Source of the DNA: an uncultured Pirellulales bacterium
GTDB lineage: Bacteria; Planctomycetota; Phycisphaerae; Sedimentisphaerales; SM23-30
DNA: 64,000 nucleotides
Assembly: GCA_964580995.1 (NCBI GenBank)
Contig: CAZOMV010000014.1
Location: 1,306-65,305, forward strand
Reading direction: 5' to 3'
Under the pieces are notes generated by a model. That model had not been told where the DNA came from, did not search any database, and was given only the letters and a program-made list of their open reading frames with translations. Positions 45,891-54,583 of this stretch are shown piece by piece; positions within the stretch are counted from its first letter, which is position 1, and every line of letters begins with the position of its first letter. The translations under genes were made by a program, and so were the position numbers.

Positions 45891-48119
45891 TTAGGGCACA
45901 TCCGTACACTCCGCATCCAGCGGATCGTTGCACTTGAGCCAGTCGCTGACCAGGTACGCCATATCAGCCAGATCCACCGAGCAGTCCTCATTGATGTCGG
46001 TGTCAAAGTAAACACCCAGGTCTGCACAGAACAGATTCTGTTCGACCTTGAGGGTAAACTGGCCGATCATATCAACGGCACCGTCGGGTCCGTCGAGCGG
46101 ATGGCCGGCGGTCTGGGCGGTGATTAGGTCATGGTGGTACACATCCTGATGATAGGTGACAAAATCGGTCATGGTCACTTTCAGCTTCTTGTCCAGGTCT
46201 TTGTAGCTCAGGGAACCTGTGCCCGCTACGGAACTAATCGGCCAGCCCATGGTGGAGCCGGCAGAGTTAGCTTTAAATTCCGGATGGCCGTTCCCTGGTC
46301 CGTCGGCATCCATCTGCGCATACACGGAAAGTCCGGGAAGATTGGCAGCCTGTTTGCCATCGAAGAAAAGGTTGACCCCGAAATAGGGCACGTCCGTCAA
46401 ACCACGGGCATTGTACCAGGTAAAGGTCCGCTGCTCACCGGCTTGCAGGGGGATGTAAATCATCATGTAATTGGGATGATTCAGGAACAAGTTGGGATCG
46501 AAGGCATTCGGATCGGCTGGAATCGCACCTTCAAAAATAGCGGTATCCCAGGCGGCATCCGGATAAAAGGTGTTCCAGCGTTCGGTCTCAATCATGGTGC
46601 CTATGGAATTGCAGCGCGTGAGTGTCAGGGCGGTCAGGGTCACTTTGGTAGGATCGGGAGCCGGGGGTTCCGAGGTGTCAATCTGATATTTGTTCATCAG
46701 GTAAGTTGTGACATTGGCGTGTTCAGTTACATTAACCCCTTTATAGACCTTGATCTCCGCGATATCGCCGGTCAGGAATTCCGTCCCGCTGCCCATCGCA
46801 CCAATGGAACCAATGGTGTTAAGGTTATAGGTGGGGCGGCCAAAATCCGTGCTCAGCAGTTCGCCGTTGAGATAGACTTTTCGTTCGCTGTCATAGGAAA
46901 TGGTATAGGACAGCAGGTAATAACGATCCACCTGCAGCGGTTCGTCCGGTTCATAGACCCCACCGCGGGTGTCGAAATACTCGGCGGTATTGAAGCTGGT
47001 GTTGGAAATGCCCAGCGAGGTTCCCGCTGACGGGTCGCTGAAATTGGCCAGAAACACTTGTCCCAGGGCCAGATCATCGATTCGGCCGACGACATATACA
47101 CTGACACTGCGAGGATAGATATCCGACGCGTCGGCATTGAGAATGGCATTGGGATCCAAAACCAATCCATCATTCCCATTGAAATGAACGACCGGATGGC
47201 TGCCGTTGGGAAAGGTGCTGGTTTCCAGGGTGGGATCGCCCCATTGCCGCACGGTGTCCATTTCTTTGCCGGACTGGTCCAGCCATTTGCCTACCACTCC
47301 ACCAGTGGCAATGGGAGTGCCGTTGGGATCGGCAACACCGGCATCGGCCTTGAGCCAGAGGATACATTCAAAGGGCTCGGTAATCACCGGGTCGGTAATC
47401 CCGTTATTGTAGATGTCCTGAATGCCGGCGGCATTCAGGGCACTATCCCAGATGGCCACTTCATCGATAGCACCATTAAAATAGCGCCCGAATAAAATAG
47501 CGGCACCAATCGCCAGATCATCCGGCTGCGAAGAAGTGGGAGCGGGGGACATGGCTACAAAAGAGCCATCCGATACACCATCCACATACGTCTGAATACC
47601 GGAGCCGTTCTGGGTGGCAGCAATAAAGTGCCAGTTTCCGTCCGCTATATTGACAGTCTGGTCCGTATAGGCACCGGTAAAGTTGGGGCCGTTGGCCATC
47701 CAGGAGGCCACCTTGGTCCCGTTCACCATCAGGGTATAGCCATCCCCGGCGGGTCCGCCGGTGAGATGTTCCTTATCAATGACCGTTGCCCATGATACTT
47801 GGGTGCCATTGGGTTTGACCCAGGCCGCCAGGGTTAAGCCATTCGTCGGGTCCACGGTGAAATCATGGCCGCAATTAATATAATACGTACCATTCAAATT
47901 GATAGCACCGGCGGGATTGCTGAATCGGTCCGAAGTGGAGTGGGTATCAAAGGATGCCGATCCTCCCAAAATCCCCACGTTGTAGTTGCCGCTACTGTCG
48001 GCGGCAATGGTACCGGTCGTTTCGTCAAACTTCCAGTGACCGACTAGGTCCGCCGTCGAAACGCTTGCATAAAATACACATAAAAATAAAATAGTTGACA
48101 AAATACATACTTTTTTCAT
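45891..48119 (-). CDS. Secreted tandem LamG-like protein with half-dockerin tail
   Basis: Domain A (HWKFDE), domain B (WLKADAG..GDIAEIKVY), unknown domain, tail DINEDCSVDLAD...WLKCNDP. Confidence 0.88.
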   Translation of the reverse strand: MKKVCILSTILFLCVFYASVSTADLVGHWKFDETTGTIAADSSGNYNVGILGGSASFDTHSTSDRFSNPAGAINLNGTYYINCGHDFTVDPTNGLTLAAWVKPNGTQVSWATVIDKEHLTGGPAGDGYTLMVNGTKVASWMANGPNFTGAYTDQTVNIADGNWHFIAATQNGSGIQTYVDGVSDGSFVAMSPAPTSSQPDDLAIGAAILFGRYFNGAIDEVAIWDSALNAAGIQDIYNNGITDPVITEPFECILWLKADAGVADPNGTPIATGGVVGKWLDQSGKEMDTVRQWGDPTLETSTFPNGSHPVVHFNGNDGLVLDPNAILNADASDIYPRSVSVYVVGRIDDLALGQVFLANFSDPSAGTSLGISNTSFNTAEYFDTRGGVYEPDEPLQVDRYYLLSYTISYDSERKVYLNGELLSTDFGRPTYNLNTIGSIGAMGSGTEFLTGDIAEIKVYKGVNVTEHANVTTYLMNKYQIDTSEPPAPDPTKVTLTALTLTRCNSIGTMIETERWNTFYPDAAWDTAIFEGAIPADPNAFDPNLFLNHPNYMMIYIPLQAGEQRTFTWYNARGLTDVPYFGVNLFFDGKQAANLPGLSVYAQMDADGPGNGHPEFKANSAGSTMGWPISSVAGTGSLSYKDLDKKLKVTMTDFVTYHQDVYHHDLITAQTAGHPLDGPDGAVDMIGQFTLKVEQNLFCADLGVYFDTDINEDCSVDLADMAYLVSDWLKCNDPLDAECTDVP

Positions 48120-48439
48120 TTCTTATTTCTCCTCAACAAATAATGTTCATTCCAAATACTCCTGTTCTGCCCATTTTTCGTTTTCGATATCGGTAGAAAA
48201 CAACCTCCTTTCCTTGCGATAAAAATGAATCCATCAGGAAAATCAGAGAATTTAGAGACTTGCATCTAGACAGGGGAGCTATATAACTTAAAAGTCTCGG
48301 GCCGGGTTCAACCAAACCCTATCCCTGATGTGTGAACCAGTGGCTACTGACCAAAGTGAACACTGGTTCACCGTTTTTTTTTTGTTATCTTTTATGCTGG
48401 GATGCTGATCTTTTTTTCCTCCATTTCTTCCGGTTCTGT

Positions 48440-49261
48440 TTATACCTCTTTTTCCTTCAACCCAAAAAATGACGCGGCCCATTGAATATGATCTGCCATG
48501 GCTTTCTCCGCCCCCTGCGGATCTATGCGTTTGACCGCTTCCAATATGTTCTGGTGATGTTTTACGGTTTCCTCAAATTCCCCGCTGGGATATACCTGGG
48601 AAAAAAACAATCCCGTTAAAAGAGTCCCCAGCAGACGTAAAACCGGATTCCCACATTCCCGCGAAAGGGCCAGATGAAAAATCCTGTCCTGCTCCCGAAA
48701 TTCACTCAAAAACGGATCGGATGCAGTTTCCTGCATTCTCTTGAAGGCGTGGTTCAACTGTTGCAAACCCTTTTCCGTAATATGCTGGGCTGCCAAACGG
48801 GTAATTCCCGGTTCCAGCAGCAAGCGGGTCTGCATGATGGCATCGGAATCAGCATCGCTAAAATTCTGGATCAGCGGGGCGATTACCTGCAAGCTGTTGA
48901 TCACATTAAAATCACCAATGTACCAGCCCATCCCATGCTGCGAACGAATAACACCCAATGCCTGCAGAATCACCAGGGCTTCGCGCATGGAGGTGTTTCC
49001 GACTCCGAACAATTTGCATAAATCACTTTGCGACGGCAGCTTGTCATTCGGTTTTAAGTTGTTCTTTTTTATGTACTCAATCAGAGCGGTTATCACTTTA
49101 TCCGATCTCTTGGTAACATCGGCGATAATGGTTTGCGATTCTGGTTCGGAATCATAGGAATCTTTGGGTAACAGTTCCCCCTCTGCGGAGATGGTTTCTT
49201 CGTTGTCAACTAGATCCGCGACCTTATCATTTCTCTTTTTCTTTATTTTTAAATCACCCAT
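48440..49261 (-). CDS. GntR/FadR family transcriptional regulator (FCD domain)
   Basis: LKPNDKLPS..LC..FGVG..SMREAL..L...G, R..LE, D..FH..L....GN..L, H..I..A. Confidence 0.92.
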   Translation of the reverse strand: MGDLKIKKKRNDKVADLVDNEETISAEGELLPKDSYDSEPESQTIIADVTKRSDKVITALIEYIKKNNLKPNDKLPSQSDLCKLFGVGNTSMREALVILQALGVIRSQHGMGWYIGDFNVINSLQVIAPLIQNFSDADSDAIMQTRLLLEPGITRLAAQHITEKGLQQLNHAFKRMQETASDPFLSEFREQDRIFHLALSRECGNPVLRLLGTLLTGLFFSQVYPSGEFEETVKHHQNILEAVKRIDPQGAEKAMADHIQWAASFFGLKEKEV

Positions 49262-49481
49262 CTATTATTTGCGTAACCTTTCCTTTTTTAAAAACTTTTA
49301 CTTGCAAGATAGAACATCTTAACTTATATTATCACATTATATCTTCGTTAAATTATATGCCAGAGTCAAGAAAAAAATGTAATTTTAAACATAAATAATA
49401 GGTGCAAGTCGACTTGTAGGAATGTAAGTACATATTACACAATGGATTATATGATAACGTTGTATTCATGAGGTTATAACC

Positions 49482-52139
49482 ATGCGAAAACAGACCTTTC
49501 TCATTCTATTCTGTATGACCGTATTTTCTGCTTATGCCCAAGGCGAGGTTTCATGGAATTTTCTGGCCGATTTCAGTAAAACGGGGAATCCCCATGGTGT
49601 TTGGAGCTATGGGTGGGGGGTAACGGAATATGACTTTGATGCCTATGACCTGGCGACGAACCTGGGACCGGACAACGCCTCTTTGTGGCTGGAAAAAGAA
49701 GAAGACCAGAATACCGGACCGCAGATGTGGGAAAAAGGTGGTCCAACGCCGGAGATCCTCCAGCATCCATCCCCCACGGAACACTGTAAGGTTCGCTGGA
49801 CAGTTCCGCCGGCTATCCAGGAACCGTTGCTGCTGGCAGAGGGGAAGTGGGGAAAGGGCGCCGGGGGGGCAAGGGATCTATGGATTGTTAAAAACGGGCG
49901 GGATATCCTTTGGCGAAAAGACGATGTTGTTGATGATGCTTCCTTCTCCATCTATTTACAGAAAACCGATGTCACCACCCTTGATTTCTGCCAGGGTTCC
50001 GGGAAGGAGTGGAACAGTGAAGCCACTCCCTTTGATGTGACGATTACCGCCTTTTCCCAACTATCCCACCAAGAAATACCTTTTTATCTCGGCTGCGATA
50101 CCAACCAAGATAATCAAATTGACAAGACGGATTTGGAATTACTAAAGAAGAAATGGGAATTCTATAACCAATTGGCGGGGAAGGGCTATAGCGCGGCGGA
50201 TATCTATCAGAAAATAGAAAATGCTCGTAAGGAAGGCTGGGTAAAGGAGAATTTTGAAAAAGCCCCGCCAGCGAAGCTGTTTTCATTTAGATACGATGGC
50301 AAGGATTCAACAGAACTATTGAATACATGGAAGTTGAAAAATTCAACCGGCAATCAAGACCGGAAACGAACCTACCATCATATCTGGACGGATGAAAAGA
50401 CCGGGCTGGAGGTTCGCTGCCAGGCAGTGGAATATACGGAGTTTCCGGCGGTGGAATGGACGGTCTATTTCAAAAATACCGGCAGCCAGGATACCCCTAT
50501 TCTGGAGAATATTCAGGCAATCAATGCTTCCTTCGATCATCTGGCGGTTGGCGGTGAATATATCCTGCATGCGAATAAGGGGGATTTTACTACCGCGGAA
50601 AGTTATATGCCCTATACTCTGAAACTGGCCAAGGGAAAAGAGGAGGAGTTCTTGCCGGCGGCAGGCAGGCCAACCCAGCAGGCATTCCCGTATTATAATA
50701 TTGCTGGCGATGACGAAGGATTGATCTATGTTTTAAGCTGGTGCGGCAAGTGGCAATCCGGCATTCTGAGAGAACCGGATAACGGTTTGCACTTGAAAGG
50801 CGGGCAGGCGGTAACTCATTTCAAACTGCTGCCGGGCGAGGAAATCCGATCTCCTTTGGCGGTGGTACTGTTTTATGCTGGCGATTGGATGCGGGGCCAG
50901 AACCAGTGGCGGCGTTTTATGGTGGCTGATAATCTGCCGCGGCGCGAGGGAAAACGGATCACTCCTTTTAACGGCATGTGTACCGGCAATTATTTTCCGG
51001 GATTGAAAACCAATGCGGCTGGGGAGAAATTCTTTATAGATCGCTGCCTGGAAGAAGGAATAAACATCGATTACTGGGTTCAGGATGCGGGGTGGTATCC
51101 CTGTAATGACGGCTGGTGGAATGTCGGCACATGGGAACCGGATCCCGAAAGATTCCCGAACGGACTGCGGGAAGTAAGTGATTATGTCCGTGCCAAGGGG
51201 GTGAAAACCATCGTTTGGTTTGAGCCGGAGCGGGTGATGCCCAACTCGAAGATCTATCAGGAACATCCCGAGTGGCTGCTGACGGCGGAGGCCTATCCGG
51301 ACGGTCCGAAGTTGTTTAATCTGGGTAATGAACAAGCCCGGAAATGGTTGACTAGGTTCATTGGTGATATAATTGAAAAGCAGGGAATTGATTTTTACCG
51401 TCAGGATTTCAATATAGGTCCGGAGAATCACTGGTTGTGCAATGATGCGCCGGACCGGCAGGGGATCACCGAGACTAAACATGTGATGGGATACTATGCC
51501 TACTGGGACGGCCTGGTAGCGCGATTCCCGAAACTCTGGCTGGATTCCTGTGCCTCCGGCGGCAACCGCAATGACCTGGAGACGATGCGCCGGGCGATTC
51601 CGTTACTGCGTAGTGATTATGTGTACGAACCGATAGGCCAGCATGGTCACACATATGGTCTGGCGATGTGGCTGCCCTTCTATGGCACTGGGCATACCGC
51701 GATTGATTTGTATCTGCTGCGTAGTGTGTATTGCCCGGGATTTACCCTCGGCCAGGATATGCGAGATAAAAATCTGGATTATGATTTATTGCGAAAGATT
51801 TTCAATGAGTGGAAGACGATCTCTCCTTATTTCTACGGCGATTTCCATCCCTTGACGGAATATACCTTGCGTGATGATGCCTGGATCGGCTGGCAGTTCC
51901 ATGATTATAATGTGAATGAAGGGTTTGTTCAAATGTTCCGGCATGCCGCATCCCCGGATCAGACCCGAAACCTCAAGTTTAAGGGGCTTGACCGGAACAC
52001 CATCTATGCGATCCAGAATATGGACCAGGACCAGCCGGTTCTGATGAGCGGGCATTCCCTGATGAACGAGGGATTGTCTATCGAAATAAACGAAAAACCA
52101 GGCTCTGCCTTGCTTGTTTATAAAAAAGTGAATGAGTAA
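49482..52139 (+). CDS. Secreted GH36-like alpha-galactosidase-family glycoside hydrolase with N-terminal extra domain and internal EF-hand
   Basis: QDAGWY, GTW..D..RFP.GL, WFEPE, RQDFN, DSCASGG.R.D, RSD. Confidence 0.85.
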   Translation: MRKQTFLILFCMTVFSAYAQGEVSWNFLADFSKTGNPHGVWSYGWGVTEYDFDAYDLATNLGPDNASLWLEKEEDQNTGPQMWEKGGPTPEILQHPSPTEHCKVRWTVPPAIQEPLLLAEGKWGKGAGGARDLWIVKNGRDILWRKDDVVDDASFSIYLQKTDVTTLDFCQGSGKEWNSEATPFDVTITAFSQLSHQEIPFYLGCDTNQDNQIDKTDLELLKKKWEFYNQLAGKGYSAADIYQKIENARKEGWVKENFEKAPPAKLFSFRYDGKDSTELLNTWKLKNSTGNQDRKRTYHHIWTDEKTGLEVRCQAVEYTEFPAVEWTVYFKNTGSQDTPILENIQAINASFDHLAVGGEYILHANKGDFTTAESYMPYTLKLAKGKEEEFLPAAGRPTQQAFPYYNIAGDDEGLIYVLSWCGKWQSGILREPDNGLHLKGGQAVTHFKLLPGEEIRSPLAVVLFYAGDWMRGQNQWRRFMVADNLPRREGKRITPFNGMCTGNYFPGLKTNAAGEKFFIDRCLEEGINIDYWVQDAGWYPCNDGWWNVGTWEPDPERFPNGLREVSDYVRAKGVKTIVWFEPERVMPNSKIYQEHPEWLLTAEAYPDGPKLFNLGNEQARKWLTRFIGDIIEKQGIDFYRQDFNIGPENHWLCNDAPDRQGITETKHVMGYYAYWDGLVARFPKLWLDSCASGGNRNDLETMRRAIPLLRSDYVYEPIGQHGHTYGLAMWLPFYGTGHTAIDLYLLRSVYCPGFTLGQDMRDKNLDYDLLRKIFNEWKTISPYFYGDFHPLTEYTLRDDAWIGWQFHDYNVNEGFVQMFRHAASPDQTRNLKFKGLDRNTIYAIQNMDQDQPVLMSGHSLMNEGLSIEINEKPGSALLVYKKVNE

Positions 52140-52169
52140 GGCAGCCTGTGGTTTTACAAGGTATTGGTT

Positions 52170-53213
52170 ATGAAGAATTTTTCGGCTGATTATTTGCGTA
52201 CCGTGGGAACGAATATTTTTACGGGATGTGGTTCGCCTCCGCAGGAAGCGGCGATGGTGGCGGACGATCTGGTGGAATCGAATCTGCTGGGCTATGACTC
52301 CCACGGGATCATGCGCTGCGAAACCTATGTGGAATATGCCCTGACGGGACAAGTTAAACCCGGTGGGGCGATTCGGATGCTTAAGGAAACTCCCACTACC
52401 GCGATTATTGATTGCGGTTTGAATTTTGGGCAGATTAGCGCTACGCGAATGGTCGAAATTGCCTGTGCCAAGGCCGGCCAGTCCGGTCTGGCTTATCTGG
52501 TCAGCAGGAACGGCTGCCATGTGGGTCGGCTGGGAAGTTATGTCCAGAAAGCGGCCCAGCAGGGGATGTTTAGTATTGCTACCACCAACAACAAGCATCG
52601 CGGACACATCGTAGCACCCTGGGGCGGCCGCGAGGGACGACTGGGAACCAATCCGATTGCCTATGCCGCCCCCACCAACGGCTGGCCGGTGGTTCTGGAT
52701 ATATCCACCTGCATGATCGCCGGGGGCAAGGTGCATCTGGCCTTGCAGGAAGGCAAATCCGTGCCGCCGGGCTGCCTGCAAGACGCGGACGGAAATCCTA
52801 CCGTCGATCCGAAGGTGTATTTCGGCCCCCCGCATGGTACCATCCTGACGCTGGGTGCCCCGCAGTTCGGCCACAAGGGATTCGGCCTTTCGTTGATGGT
52901 GGAGATCATGAGCGGTATCCTGGCAGGTGAAGATGAAACGGTGGATCAGCCGGGATTTAACAGTTTTTCGATTCTGGTGGTGAATCCGGAATATTTTTGC
53001 GGAAGGGAATATTTCCGGGAACTGGTGGACCGTTTTTGCCGGTATCAGATGTCCTCCGCCCCGGCGCCCGGATTCCGCGAGGTGGTGGTACCCGGCCTTT
53101 ATGATTTCCGCATCCGCCAAAAACGCCTGGCCGAAGGGATTCCGGTAGATAACAATGTTTGGAAAACGGTTGTTGAGACCGGTAAACGGATTGGTGTTAC
53201 TATTGAAACCTAA
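52170..53213 (+). CDS. Ldh_2 (malate/L-lactate/ureidoglycolate-type) oxidoreductase
   Basis: G.DSHG, HVGRLG, GTNPIAYA, GHKGFGL, V.VPG. Confidence 0.92.
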   Translation: MKNFSADYLRTVGTNIFTGCGSPPQEAAMVADDLVESNLLGYDSHGIMRCETYVEYALTGQVKPGGAIRMLKETPTTAIIDCGLNFGQISATRMVEIACAKAGQSGLAYLVSRNGCHVGRLGSYVQKAAQQGMFSIATTNNKHRGHIVAPWGGREGRLGTNPIAYAAPTNGWPVVLDISTCMIAGGKVHLALQEGKSVPPGCLQDADGNPTVDPKVYFGPPHGTILTLGAPQFGHKGFGLSLMVEIMSGILAGEDETVDQPGFNSFSILVVNPEYFCGREYFRELVDRFCRYQMSSAPAPGFREVVVPGLYDFRIRQKRLAEGIPVDNNVWKTVVETGKRIGVTIET

Positions 53214-53276
53214 GTAAAAATGGAAAGAAGTCACCCGATTCTGAGAAAAATTATAAAGCAGCAAATAACGGAACCG

Positions 53277-53355
53277 CCAAAAGTCGATATGGACTTCCAA
53301 AAACAGCTCTGGCTCCCCGATAACAAGGGGACGACGAGCTTTTGACGCTGGCGTC
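53277..53355 (+). repeat. Dispersed 79-bp repeat, copy 2
   Basis: 74/79 identical to 11605-11683. Confidence 0.9.
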
Positions 53356-53385
53356 ACAAATGGTAAAAATAAATTGGAGTTTGGA

Positions 53386-54549
53386 ATGAAAATGACCTCG
53401 CGGGAGCGTGTGCGCTGTGCCCTAAATCATCAGGAACCCGATCGTGTGCCGATATTTTTCGGATCTTCCGGAGCAACTACCATTCATGCGGCAGGATACG
53501 AAAAGTTGAAAAAAGCATTGGGTTTTAATTTACAAACCCAGGCGATGTCGCAGTTCACCAAATACGCCATCCACGCCCGGGTGGACCGGCAAATCATGGA
53601 CTATTTCGGTTCCGACGGTATTCCGCTGACCGCCAAAACGGCTCCGCCTTCCTCCTTAAGCAGAGATATTTCGAAAAACGCTTTTGTGGATGAGTGGGGA
53701 GTTAAGTGGGAGCTGGAACCAAGCGGTTTATACTATAGCCCTCCGTATAAAGGTATGCCCCTCGAAAATGCAACGATCAAGGATATTGAAAACTACGCTT
53801 GGCCCGATGTGGCGCATCCAAGCCAATATGAAGGACTGGAAGAGGAGGCGAAAGACCTCTATGACAATACTTCGTATGCCATAGTAGGTAATATCGGTAC
53901 GACCCTGTGTGAATTAATCTATAATATGCGTGGGATGGAAAACTGGATGATGGATCTGGTCGTGAATCAGGACTTTGCCCATGCGCTGCTGCGGAAGATC
54001 ACCGATCTGCGGATTGCCGCCATTAAGGCGTTTCTGGACCGGGTAGGAGCCTGGGTGGATGTGTTTATCATGGGAGACGATATGGGGTCCCAGCATTCCC
54101 CTCTGATCTCCCCGGCCTTGTATCGCACCCTGATCAAGCCTTATCACACGGAGATCATTGCCGCGGTGAAAGCCCATTCGCTGGCAAAGGTATTTTTCCA
54201 CAGTGACGGCGATATCTATCCGCTGATTCCTGATTTCATCGAGGCGGGCGTGGATCTGCTCAATCCGGTGCAGGTCAGCGCCGCCGATATGGGCGATACC
54301 GCCCGGCTGAAGCGGGAATTCGGGAAAAACCTTTCTTTTTGCGGGGCGATTGATACTCAATCGGTATTGCCGTATGGTTCCCCAGCCGATGTCCGGCAGG
54401 AAGTGCGGCGCCGCATCCGGGACCTGGCCCACGGCGGCGGGTATATCTGTGCCAGTGTCCATTGCATTCAGCCCGATGTCCCCGTGGAAAACATTATCGC
54501 CCTGTTTGAGGAGGCGAAAATCGCCGGTAAATATCCGCTTGCTCTTTAA
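53386..54549 (+). CDS. URO-D/MtaA-CmuA fold protein
   Basis: MTSRERV..ALNHQEPDRVP, DEWG, RGMEN, GDDMG.Q..PLISP, HSDG, LNPVQ, GGGYI..SVHCIQ. Confidence 0.92.
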   Translation: MKMTSRERVRCALNHQEPDRVPIFFGSSGATTIHAAGYEKLKKALGFNLQTQAMSQFTKYAIHARVDRQIMDYFGSDGIPLTAKTAPPSSLSRDISKNAFVDEWGVKWELEPSGLYYSPPYKGMPLENATIKDIENYAWPDVAHPSQYEGLEEEAKDLYDNTSYAIVGNIGTTLCELIYNMRGMENWMMDLVVNQDFAHALLRKITDLRIAAIKAFLDRVGAWVDVFIMGDDMGSQHSPLISPALYRTLIKPYHTEIIAAVKAHSLAKVFFHSDGDIYPLIPDFIEAGVDLLNPVQVSAADMGDTARLKREFGKNLSFCGAIDTQSVLPYGSPADVRQEVRRRIRDLAHGGGYICASVHCIQPDVPVENIIALFEEAKIAGKYPLAL

Positions 54550-54583
54550 CTAAAATAGTTGATTATACACAGGAATTCAATCG

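Noticed and set aside
48170-48230. Purine riboswitch suggested by TTTCTACC
   Set aside because: The kissing loops (ATATGG / CCGTAAA) and P2/P3 geometry are absent
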